Shown piece by piece: positions 49,328 through 60,218 of a stretch of DNA of 64,000 nt. The stretch spans positions 70,682,001 to 70,746,000 of the forward strand of contig CM059438.1 of NCBI GenBank assembly GCA_030390025.1, written 5' to 3'. The stretch comes from Squalus acanthias. Its lineage: Eukaryota. How positions within the stretch are numbered: the first letter of the stretch is position 1; every line of letters begins with the position of its first letter. The position numbers and the translations under genes were made by a program. The notes beneath the pieces were generated by a model that was not told the origin of the DNA, did no database searches, and saw only the letters and a program-made list of their open reading frames with translations.

Positions 49328-50534
49328 AACAGAAAATGCTGGAGATACTCAGCAGGTCAGGCAGCATCTGTGAAGAGAGAAACAGAGTTAACGTTTCAGG
49401 TCGATGACCTTTCGTCAGAACTGGAAAAAGTAGGAAATGGAACAGATTTTTAAGCAAGTGTAGAGGCTGGGAAAGGGGGGAGGGGATGAAAGAACAAAAG
49501 GGAAGGTCTGTGATAGGATAGAAGGCGGAAGAGGTTAAGAGACATTAAGAGATATTCAAGGCAAAAGGAGATGATAATGGGACAGGTTAAGAAACAAAGA
49601 TGGCTCTAGATGAAGTGTAAATTGCGCTGGCAGAATGAAAGACAGCTGCCATGTGGGGGAGAAGAAAAAAAGACAGAAAAAGAGCGTGGATAAAAAATAT
49701 ATATATATATGATAGGGGCTGAGGTTATGATCTGAAATTGTTGAACTCTATGTTGAGTCCAGAAGGCTGTAAAGTGCCTAATCGAAAGATGAGGTGCTGT
49801 TCCTCGAGCTTACGCTGAGCTTCCATGGAACAATGCAAGAGGCCGAGGATGGTGAGGTCAGAGTGGGAGTGGAGCGGTGAATTAAAGTGACAAGCGACCG
49901 GAAGCTCGGGGTCCTCCTTCCGAACTGAACGGAGGTGTTCCACAAAGCGGTCACCCAATCTGCGTTTAGTCTCCCCAATGTAGAGGAGACCGCATCGTGA
50001 GCAGCGAATACAGTATACTAAATTGCAAGAAGTACAAGTAAATCGCTGTTTCACCTGGAAGGGGTGTTTGGGGCCATGGACAGTGGGAAGGTGGGAGGTA
50101 TAAGGGCATGTGTTGCATCTCCTGCGCTTGCACGGGAAGGTACCGGGGGAAGGGGTGTTGGGAAGGATAGAGGAGTGGACTAGGGTGTCGCGGAGGGAGC
50201 GGTCCCTACGGAATGCTGAAAGGGGAGGTGAGGGGAAGATGCGTTTGGTGGTGGGATCACGCTGGAGGTGGCGGAAATGGCGGAGGATGATCCATTGAAT
50301 GTGGAGGTTGGTGGGGTGAAAGGTGAGGACAAGAGTAACTCTGTCGTGGTTCCGGGAGGGAGGGGCAGGGTTGAGGGCAGAAGTGCGGGAGATAGAACGG
50401 ACACGGTCAAGGGCCGTGTCAACCACTGTAGAGGGGAATCCACGGTTGAGGAAAAAGGAAGACATGTTAGAAGCACTGGTATGGAAGGTGGCATCGTCAG
50501 AGCAGATGCGGCGGAGACGGAGAAACTGGGAGAA
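49328..50534 (-). mobile_element. Penelope-like element family 1, 5'-truncated (linker, GIY-YIG and 3' repeat)
   Basis: ORF 49725..50543 is uninterrupted through the GIY-YIG domain. TSD TGCCCTCAACTCAT at 49314-49327 and 50535-50548. Confidence 0.95.
49386..49422 (-). ncRNA. Intact minimal hammerhead ribozyme motif (PLE family 1)
   Basis: AGUU-CUGACGA-A-AGGUC-auc-GACCU-GAAA-CGU-U-AACU; all pairings are intact. Confidence 0.85.
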
Positions 50535-50714
50535 TGCCCTCAACTCATGCTGTGCAATATTGGTGAATTCCTTTGCCCACTATTTTAAGGAAGGTGCGAA
50601 CCCATTTAAAATCAACAGCTTAATGCCTTCATTGAATAGTGAGCAAGGGAATTCAGTAAAAATGGGTTCACTTTGCTTATAGATTCCAATAACTTCCCCA
50701 CAACAGAGCTTCAT

Positions 50715-51232
50715 CACCTCAAGGCTGAACTTTACTAACACTATCCTTGATGGCCTCCCAAGGTCCACCCTGCAAAATCTCTAAGTCATTCAGAACTATG
50801 CTGCATCCTGTCCTGTACTAAGTCCTGCTTGTCTATCACCCTTTTGCTTACTGACCTTCACTGGCTCCCCATCTCGAGAACGCTGATTTCAAAATCTTTG
50901 TCCTCATTTATGATCCTTCCAAGGCCTTGTGCCACCTGCCCTCTATAACTTCTGTTGGCCCAGTGCCCCAGATTCCAACTTCTGCCCTATGCATCATCCA
51001 CTACATCATTGGTAGACTGTTCAGCCTTCATGTCTGGCTCTCTCAAATTCTCTTCCTAAACCACCAACTCCATCTTGTGATATCTCCCCCCCACCCTCCA
51101 CCGACTTCAAAAACCTTCTAATACCTACCTCTTTGACCAAGCATTTGATCACGTCTCCGAACTTCTCCCTCAACTACTGGTCTGTGAAGCACCTTGGAAT
51201 ATTTCTTCCTGTTAAAGATGCAGTATTGTTGT
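50715..51232 (+). mobile_element. Old L2 3' fragment
   Basis: CTTCACTGGCTCCC, ACCTCTTTGACCAAGC and TGTGAAGCACCTTGG match the 7663 L2 3' region. Confidence 0.7.
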
Positions 51233-52320
51233 ATTCATATCGTACAGTGTGATATCAAGATATAGGTGTTTTTCTAATGATGCCTGCAACCATTTTCTTG
51301 AACAAATGCCCAGGCCAATTGTGAGGTGAAAATGTTTAGTTTGTAATTGGTTACTGACTGCAACACAATATTGTTATAAATCATCTGGCATTTCACCCTC
51401 TTGATTTATTTGACTCTATTCTCTGCATAACAGTACCATACAACTAGCAGAATTACAATAATAAACAATCAGGGATGGAATAGAAGACAAAATGATTATT
51501 AGTAATACTGATCTTAAAGGAAACTTTTGATTTGCAACGTAATATATATACAGGACTGTCAACTGCCACAAATTCATTAAGATATATTATTCCTCCTGTC
51601 ATTCCTTTTCTCCTGCAGCTGCTATATCTTGGACTATGATTCCACAGGTGCCTTTATGGCCACTTTTTTTTTGTGTGAATTTCGATACCGAGTGCCAGTG
51701 GGCTATTGGGCCATCCCGTCAAACCCCATCCTATCCTCACCTGAGGAGTGGGCGGGAAAGTGGACTTGAGGCCAAGATCAGATCAGCCAAAAGGCTTACT
51801 CCTGCTCCTATTTCTTATGTTCATCTGCAAACTGGCATTTTCTAGTTACTGGATAAGGGCTAGGAGCAGACACTCTGCTTGATCTTTCCATAATCCCGGG
51901 TGCTGTGGTTAACTATACCACCCCTAAGATTAGCTACCTCGGCACAGATCATTGATTGAACCTGGGTATTTCCTGGTCTATGCATCCCACACAATGGCCC
52001 AGAAATTCGGGTCGGAGGCTTCCCGCGGGTGCAAGCATAGCGGGCGCACTTACATAGCGCGTCTGCCTTTGTTCTGTGGGCCCGCATGGGATTCCGATCC
52101 TGGGCCTCCTCCAGCTGCCGGTGTGCAGTGCTTGCGTATCCCAGCGGCGAAGCTAGTTCGCAGCGTCCCCTGGGATCACGTGGTCCATGGGGAGCCAATC
52201 GGAGCAGGGAATCTCCATTCATAGATTTGACATGATGCGGAGATGCCGGTGTTGGACTGGGGTGGACAAAAATGAGAAGTCGCACAACACCAGGTTATAG
52301 TCCAACAGTTTTATTTGAAA

Positions 52321-52362
52321 TCACAAGCTTTCGGAGCTATCGATCGCCCCTTCCTCAGGTGA
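52321..52362 (-). ncRNA. Intact minimal hammerhead ribozyme motif (PLE family 2)
   Basis: Exact reverse complement of 54135-54176. Confidence 0.85.
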
Positions 52363-54134
52363 AGTAAAGAGATACAGAATCGCCAAAGCATATATAGATA
52401 GAGAACAATGCATGTGTTACTTACAAAAGCAGACGACTACATTTAAATCACCCTGACTGTTTATCTGCCGAGGTGTGACAAAAGGCAATCAGGTCACATC
52501 AAAGACATAGCAAGATACAACTGAGACAATGAGGTGGAGCCACAGGGGGTCCAATGTGTCAAAAGCCGCAGTATGGGAAACGATAAACTTTTAAAAATTT
52601 TTACTTTTTTACTGGGAATCACATCTGTTAACAAGCCAACGACGACTCGAGTCTGGATCACGTCATCTTTCGTGACATAAACCCAAGATCCCAGTTGAGG
52701 CCGTCCTCATGAGTGCGGAACTTGGCTATCAGTTTCTGCTCGATGATTTTGCGTTGTCGTGTGTTTCTAAGTCCGCCTTGGAGAACGCTTACCCGCAGAT
52801 CCGAGGCTGAATGTCCTTGACTGCTGAAGTGTTCCCCGACTGGGAGGGAACACTCCTGCCTGGTGATTGTTGCGCGGTGTCCGTTCATGTTGGAGGCTGC
52901 GAAGAACATGGCGTAGTTTCTCCGCTCCGGGGAAGTACTGGACGACGTAGGGTACCCTGTTGGTTGTGTCCCGTGTTTGCCTTCTGAGGAGGTCTATGCG
53001 ATTTTTCGCTGTGGCCCGTCAGAACTGTCGATCGATGAGTCGAGCGTCATATCCCGTTCTTACGAGGGCGTTTTTCAGCGTCCGTAGGTGTCCATCGCGT
53101 TCCTCCTCGTCTGAGCAGATCCTGTGTATTCGCAGGGCTTGTCCATAGGGGATGGCTTTTTTAACGTGGTTAGGGTGGAAGCTGGAGAAGTGGAGCATCG
53201 TGAGGTTGTCCGTGGGCTTGCGGTAGAGTGAAGTGCTGAGGTACGCCATGTTCTTCGCAGCCTCCAACATGTCATCGATGACGACGAACACCTCGCTAAG
53301 GCCATCCCCACGAATCCACTACTTGCCTTCAAACAGCCGCCTAACCTCAGAAGTACCATCGTTCGCAGCAAATTACCCAGCTTTCAGGATAACAGCGACC
53401 ACGACACCACACAACCCTGCCACGGCAACCTCTGCAAGACATGCCAGATCATCAACACAGATACCATCATCACACGTGAGGACACTACCCACCAGGTACA
53501 TGGTACATACTCATGTGACTCGGCCGACGTTGTCTACCTCATACGTTGCAGGAAAGAATGCACCGCGGCATGGTACATCGGCGAGACCATGCAGACACTG
53601 AAACAACGTATGAACGGACACCGCGCAACAATCACCAGGCAGGAGTGTTCCCTCCCAGTCGGGGAACACTTCAGCAGTCAAGGACATTCAGCCTCGCTCT
53701 GCGGGTAAGTGTTCTCCAAGGCGGACTTAGAAACACACGACAACGCAAAATCATCGAGCAGAAACTGATAGCCAAGTTCCGCACTCATGAGGACGGCCTC
53801 AACTGGGATCTTGGGTTTATGTCACGATACATGACGTGATCCAGACTCGAGTCGTCATTGGCTTGTTAACAGATGTGATTCCCAGTAAAAAAGTAAAACA
53901 ATTTTAAAGTTTATCGTTTCCCATACTGCGGCTTTTGACACATTGGACCCCCTGTGGCTCCACCTCATTGTCTCAGTTGTATCTTGCTATGTCTTTGATG
54001 TGACCTGATTGCCTTTTGTCACACCTCGGCAGATAAACAGTCAGGGTGATTTAAATGTAGTCGTCTGCTTTTGTAAGTAACACATGCATTGTTCTCTATC
54101 TATATATGCTTTGGCGATTCTGTATCTCTTTACT

Positions 54135-54176
54135 TCACCTGAGGAAGGGGCGATCGATAGCTCCGAAAGCTTGTGA
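54135..54176 (+). ncRNA. Intact minimal hammerhead ribozyme motif (PLE family 2)
   Basis: UCAC-CUGAGGA-A-GGGGC-gaucgaua-GCUCC-GAAA-GCU-U-GUGA. Confidence 0.85.
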
Positions 54177-56782
54177 TTTCAAATAAAACTGTTGGACTAT
54201 AACCTGGTGTTGTGCGACTTTAGATTTGACAGGAAGACCTGTCAAATCTATGAATAGAGATCGGCCCCAAAACCTAAGTAAAACTTCAAATAAATTTTTT
54301 TTTTAAATCACATTTTTAAAATAACTATAAATTACATAAATTAACTACATTAAACAAAAATTTTAATTTTTGAAAAAATTTATTAAAGTTTTTAACGGGG
54401 CTAAAAATAAACTTACCTTTTTTTAAAGTAATTAAAAATGATAAACCTGTGGAAAAAATGTTTCAATTTTACTTAATTCACCTCTTACCTTGTTAAAAGC
54501 AGGCCTTGCGCCCACTCGGCATGCAGTTTTTAATGCAGCTAATTTTTATTTTGTTTTAGATCTGTAAGTATTTGTTGCAATCCCCTTCTTTAAAGTTATT
54601 CTCTCACCTCTGTGGATTCTGTCTTCCTCCCCACCCGAACCCCCTCAACCTAGTGCCTAGATCATACTCCAGAACCTGGCAAATCTTCCCATCAGAAACT
54701 GAACATTTACTTCAAGGAGATTGCATGACTTCTCTTCACGAAACCAGCTAAGCAATGAGAATAAATTAGGTGCAAATTGATGCAAGTTAAAAAAAAAAAT
54801 GAAACCTCTGTGCAGATGGACTGCCACAGAGACTGCAGCCTTACACAGGAAAAGCGGGATTACTGTATTAAGCTCATGTCTGTGTTTGCTGTAAGAATGA
54901 CCTCCATGTTGTTGTTGGCAGCCATCTCCATCACATTACAATTTTCTGGGCCACAGAAGTGAATCAGACAGTACAGTAGTTTTAATGATCTAGACATACC
55001 CCTGCTCCGTGCCTTACTTGGAAAACGAGTGCGTGAGCTGAAGTCTTATTGATTCCCTGTTCAAGCACGCTCTGCATGCTATCCAGTCCACCTTGCCATA
55101 ATACACTATTTGTCTGGCTTCTCAGCAGCACAATATAATGAGGGTATACTGTATCTGATGGACTCTCTTCACTTCGCCAAAACAAATCTCTTGCAGTGTG
55201 AGTGCTGAATATCTTCACGGTGGTAATGTGGATTTGCTTTTTTAAGATGTTTTTTCCCGATTTTGTTCCCTGCTTATGAGTTGCCTCTCTTCTAACCTGC
55301 TCTTAGAGTTAAAAATATGGGATGAGAGGGTGACTTTTGTTTGACCTCAGTGTCGCTCACACTGCTTAGCTTGAGGGAGGTGTGACGAGGCTTTGCTCTC
55401 CTCAGATTTATCACCTTCCTACTACATGGCATTCCGTATAGCAGCCTGACTGAGAGCCAATGAATCACAGCCGGTCCAGGGAGCTAGAATCAAGCTACAT
55501 GCTTCCATGTAAATCAGATCTATGTCCAAGAGGCAGATAATCCACCGCTTGCATTGCTGAGGCCTGCAAGCAACTCATAACTCACGTTTACCTATGTGCT
55601 CTCCTTTTGTGGACTCCCAAAGATCACATCCCTTGGAAAGTGACCAAGAGGATTGGTAACCTGCAAGCAGGAGAAGTAGGAGAAAAATGGGGATTAAAAG
55701 CAACCTCATGTGGCTGACTTTGTCTCAGCGTTTTGGCTAAGGGGATGATGAAGAGTGACACAGATGACGCTGCCTGTGGTCCATTCCTGCCACCTGTCAT
55801 GCCGCTCATTTGCTTTGAAGACCCAGCCAAGATCATTTTCAAAGGCACAAAGGTTGAAATGATTACATTCATTGCCGCCGCAGTGCATTGTGTTGCTAGT
55901 CTAAGGCATTGTACTTTTGAAATCACAGGATGTACGCTCCTTCCCCCCACCTCCACCCGCCCCCCCCACCCCACCCCAACTCCCTTTGAGCAACTCCCAA
56001 CACAGTGTGTTCCCACTTACAGCCCGAACATTTGGGTGAAGCAGAAGGGAAAGACAGTTGTAGAGGTTAGGTGTCAATTGTGCAACTCATACAGCATACG
56101 CAACCTAGACGCATGTCCCCTGCCCACCTGTCCATAGAGGAAATGCCACGTGACTCGGGGATAGGAGCATCCTCAATGGAAGGAGAAAACAAATGCAAAA
56201 GAGGCATCGTCTTTGTAAAAAGACTGTTCGGCAAATCGTAGGGACAAAACGTTTGGGCCCGAGAGAAGGGAGGGTATTGGTCCCGTTAGCTGGGCAGGCG
56301 GGGGTTGGAATTTGGAGCAGGATCTGCCCTCTTCCGTACGGACATCATTAAAAGGGGTGGGACTGGTGCATTGTAGATCATCCTCTCAGAAATGTCCACC
56401 AGCTCTGCCTTGTGTTCACCACAACGTATGCTCGCACAAAAACCACCCCACTTCCCAGAACCTGATTCTAGATCCTAGAGACAAAACCACAACAAAAGAC
56501 AGGGCGCCAAGAAATTTAAAAGGCCCGTTTCCCTGCGGCAAATTAAAAAGCTGGCCAGCGTAAAAATACTTAAACATCTTCGGCCGGCACTGGCTGCCCA
56601 CATTAAGACCTGGCAAGAGGCCACAGCACAACCCCAACCGGCCCCAAAAACCAAAATGGCACGGGTGCCAGTCAACAATGTACTAATGGCCTGACCCTGG
56701 GACTGGGATTCACCTGAACCAGGACTTGAGACTATCACAGAACATTAGTGAGGAGGAGGAGTGGGAGTGAATACCGTGGCTA

Positions 56783-57185
56783 AAAGGGTTAAATTATGAG
56801 GACAAGTTGCATAGACTAGGCTTGTATTTCCTTGCGTATGGAAGATTAAGGGGTGATCTCATTGAGGTGTTTAAGATGATTAAAGGAATTGATAGGGTAG
56901 ATAAAGAGAAACTACTTCCTCTGGTGGGAGAGTCCAGAACAAAGGGGCAAAGCCTTAAAATTAGAGCTAGGCCATTCAGGCAGTTGTCAGGAAGCACTTC
57001 TTCACACAAAGGGTAGTGGAAATCTGGAACTCTCCCCCAAAAAGCTGTTGAAGCTCGGTCAATTGAAAATTTCAAAACTGAGATTGATAGGTTTTTGTTA
57101 GGCAAGGGTATTAATGGATAGGGAATGAAGGGAGGTCGATGGAGTTAAGATACAGATCAGCCATGATCTAACTGAATGGCAGAAC
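56783..57185 (+). mobile_element. CR1 LINE 3' fragment
   Basis: LHRLGLY..RLRGDLIEVFKMIKGIDRVD; the 3' UTR begins GATCAGCCATGATC. Confidence 0.9.
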
Positions 57186-57329
57186 ATTTCAAAGGAGACC
57201 TCCTGATACCCCTCTTGTATGGTGATTCATGATTGTAATTGACCTCTTGCAGAGAGGACATTAGAGACTTTACAGATTAGCTAAGTGGTTGTCTGAGAGC
57301 AAGGCAAGGGTTCATGAAGGGCTTTATTG

Positions 57330-58330
57330 TGTCTTCCAAATAGAGAGAGCCCTCTCTATTGGAAGAAGTTGGTGATGACCTCCTGCCTGATAGCACATGT
57401 TGTTGGCAGTGGGGTGTCGGGCCCACCTCCTCTCACTCCTGGGCTTGTGAGCAGGGGATTGCTCTCCACCACCTTCTTCCGCTTTACCTTCTGTGCTTGG
57501 CAGACCCAAGCCTTTATAATGGTCAAATTGATGGAGGATGCAGAAAGCCTTGCTGGATTATAATTCACCAGAACCAGGACTTGAGAATTCCGATAAGATG
57601 GCCTCATTGAACCCGCTTTTGGTCTCTCCCTGGATTCTGAAATGACAAGGCTGACATGGCTACCCCTTGTCTCCTATCAGCCACTCTGTCATTGTGACTG
57701 AGCAATGCAGGTATTCTGGATGGCTTGAGGTTAAACAAGTTATGGCTCTTGCCAGGGTAGCATGCATTGACTTGCATAATGAGGTGGGTTAGCGTCATGC
57801 ACTATCTGAAGATTTGGGAAGGAAATCGCTTCCTGTTGAGCAAGTTGATGGGGCTTTCAGACATGGCTTTCATAGTCACACGGGTGGCATCAATGGCACC
57901 CAGCACTTGTGGGAATCCAACCACTCAGACTAAGTTAATGGCTCTTCCTCTCTGCTTTTCTGGGTCTATATGGAACTGAATAAACTCAGAGGTGTGCCTG
58001 AACAGGGCAATGAACCGCTGACTGACTGATGTCACCAGAGGCTGCCTGGAAGCAACCGATGCGTAAAAGTTAAATGCTGTTGTCAACTTCATAGCCACAG
58101 ACAAGGCACTGCCTCTGGTGGAAAGAGGCGACAAGTCAGGTTCCAACAGCTGACATATCTCTGTGACACTATCATGGGGCAAAACACAGTCTTCTCAGAC
58201 TGCCTATAGGAAAAATCCAGATCGGTCCACTGTGGCTGGTAGACTTTGAGGCATGGATATCTGTGGGTCGGGTGTTGCCTGCAAGAATGCTGCCACAATG
58301 TCTTGCCTTCTATCCTTTCCTCCTCCATTT
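57330..58330 (-). pseudogene. Decayed PIF/Harbinger (HARBI1-like) DDE transposase
   Basis: EICQLLEPDL..ALSVAMKLTTAFNFYAS, GFPQVLGAIDAT, NRK, YPGKSH, LIGDKG* and YNPAR, with many stops and frameshifts. Confidence 0.85.
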
Positions 58331-60012
58331 CCTCAAAGCCAGAGGGAAATCCATTATTTCACCATGCAAAGATCCCTTTAGATTCTCAACATGTTTCACA
58401 AAGCACTTTTAAATGCTAGAAACTCCGGCGTCAAAGTCGTGCAAGTGACTTCCAGCCAAAACCATGTTGCAGAATCACATTCCTGTGTGACATTTCACCT
58501 TCCCAATCTCTTCTGCCTGTGGGCCACCATACAGGCTCAGCACCACCACCACCTTTACAGTTGTGGTGGTGTTCAGGGGCAGTTAGTTGGGTTGAAACAC
58601 AGGGAAATTTCAGGGGGGTATTTGACCAACCCCCCTCTATTTCAGTTAAATATGGAGGATTGTGCTTTCAGCAGGCAGATTAGGGTCACAGGATGTTCAT
58701 GGAAGGGAAATTGCGGTGGACATTTTTAAGGGCAGAGTTTCGATGAAGGGCCTCTCCTCCCCATTTTACTTGCCAGACTGCCCCTGCACTGCGGGTGTTA
58801 CTTTAAGGAAAAAGCTCACCTGCTCTCATTGGCCGTTTTGCCAATTGCTGACTGGGCCACTAGATGGAGCACTTTACAGTGGAAGAGCTGGCCACTGCCA
58901 AGGAGAAGGAAAACTTGCATCAATGGTTTCATCCTGAAAGAGAAAGGTCCCGTGTCAGCAATTCATACAGTGACGTTACTGGCAGCTACTAAAAAGGCCA
59001 GGACCTAGACCATACTGCGCTCCTGTCTGAGGGAAGTATGGTGCCAGTGGATGGCAGCATTGGAGAGCATTGGAGATTGTGGGAGAGGTACATTGGCTTG
59101 AACATATCTTTATTGGGGAGGGACGGTGTCAAACTTATTTTTCTAAGGGGAAGTGGGGTAAATATTATTTTGTTTAAAATGGAAGTGGGGGTATTGATTT
59201 CATCTATTTTCCTTAGGGGAAGTAGCTTAAACAGTATTTTGTTTGAAATGGAAGGGAAGAGGCTGTAACATCTCATAAAAAGCGAGTGTGAGGTAATTCG
59301 GCGAACTCAGTAATCATTGGAAATAGCTGGTATAACCCACACTAATCGAGCTTACAACATTTAAGGTTCAGCTGGCCTGTACCGCCTTCTTGATGGAACC
59401 TGCTAATGTAGTCTCTCATTAGTGTTGTTTGTGCTGCCTAGGGCTTTATTTTTGAATGACAGGTTTTCCATGTTGCCTGTAATCCTTGTGACAGAAATGT
59501 TATTCCCAGCTTTTTTCACATGTATTGTCCATTTTTTTCACTGACCAGATTCCTGATTTTTTTTTTCGTCTGGCATTCTTGGAAAGGCTATATCTTGAAA
59601 GTCGGTTTCCAATGAATGCAGCTGAGGAAATGATTTTAATGTTTATCAAAATGTCTGGGTAATGTGCAGGACAAGGGATAGTATAAGGGCTGAGTCACTA
59701 AATGAGACATTAACTTAATAGATTTTCCACTTAACAGAGTTAGAAGACATAAAAATGATCCTAATATCAACATAGTGAATAGAAATTGGGATATGGGAAG
59801 TATGATGCAATAAGACTTGGCAGGCTCTGTAGATCTTTTTCTGATCACATTGCTGAAAATGTTTATAGCTCTTTAAAATGTTTACTAAAATTCACATAAT
59901 CTTTCTTCCTTGCACCTCTTTTGGCTTCCCTGGAGCGGGACTATCTTTAGCTGAGAGTTCTGGCAGGTGACCTACCTAGCAGGCCCCCATGCGTCTATAC
60001 TGTTGCCTGCCA

Positions 60013-60218
60013 GAAGAAAGAAAAAGAAAGACTTGCATTTATATAGCGCCTTTCACGACCACCGGACGTCCCACAGCGCTTTACAGCCAATGAAGTACTT
60101 TTTTGAAGTGTAGTCACGGTTGTAATGTAGGAAATGCGGCAGCCAATTTGCGCACAGCAAGCTCCCACAAACAACACTGTGTTAATGACCAGATTATCTG
60201 TTTTAGTGATGTTGAGTG
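60013..60218 (-). mobile_element. Deu-SINE 3' half
   Basis: High similarity to 12251-12450. Confidence 0.8.

Larger units (their letters stand above)
52233..54220. mobile_element. Penelope-like element family 2 with about 610-bp inverted arms
   Basis: YRKPTD..FHPNHVKKAIPYGQALRIHRICS (-) and VVYLIRC..WYIGET..RMNGHR (+). TSD TAGATTTGACA at 52222-52232 and 54221-54231. Confidence 0.95.
51996..54520. mobile_element. Harbinger-type MITE, family D copy 1, interrupted by a Penelope insertion
   Basis: GGCCCAGAAATTCGGGTCGGAGGCT start; reverse-complement similar to 62382-63117. Confidence 0.65.

Noticed and set aside
54545..54570. 4-nt micro-exon TTTTAG|ATCT|GTAAGT
   Set aside because: It is adjacent to an AT-rich MITE end and is plausibly chance.
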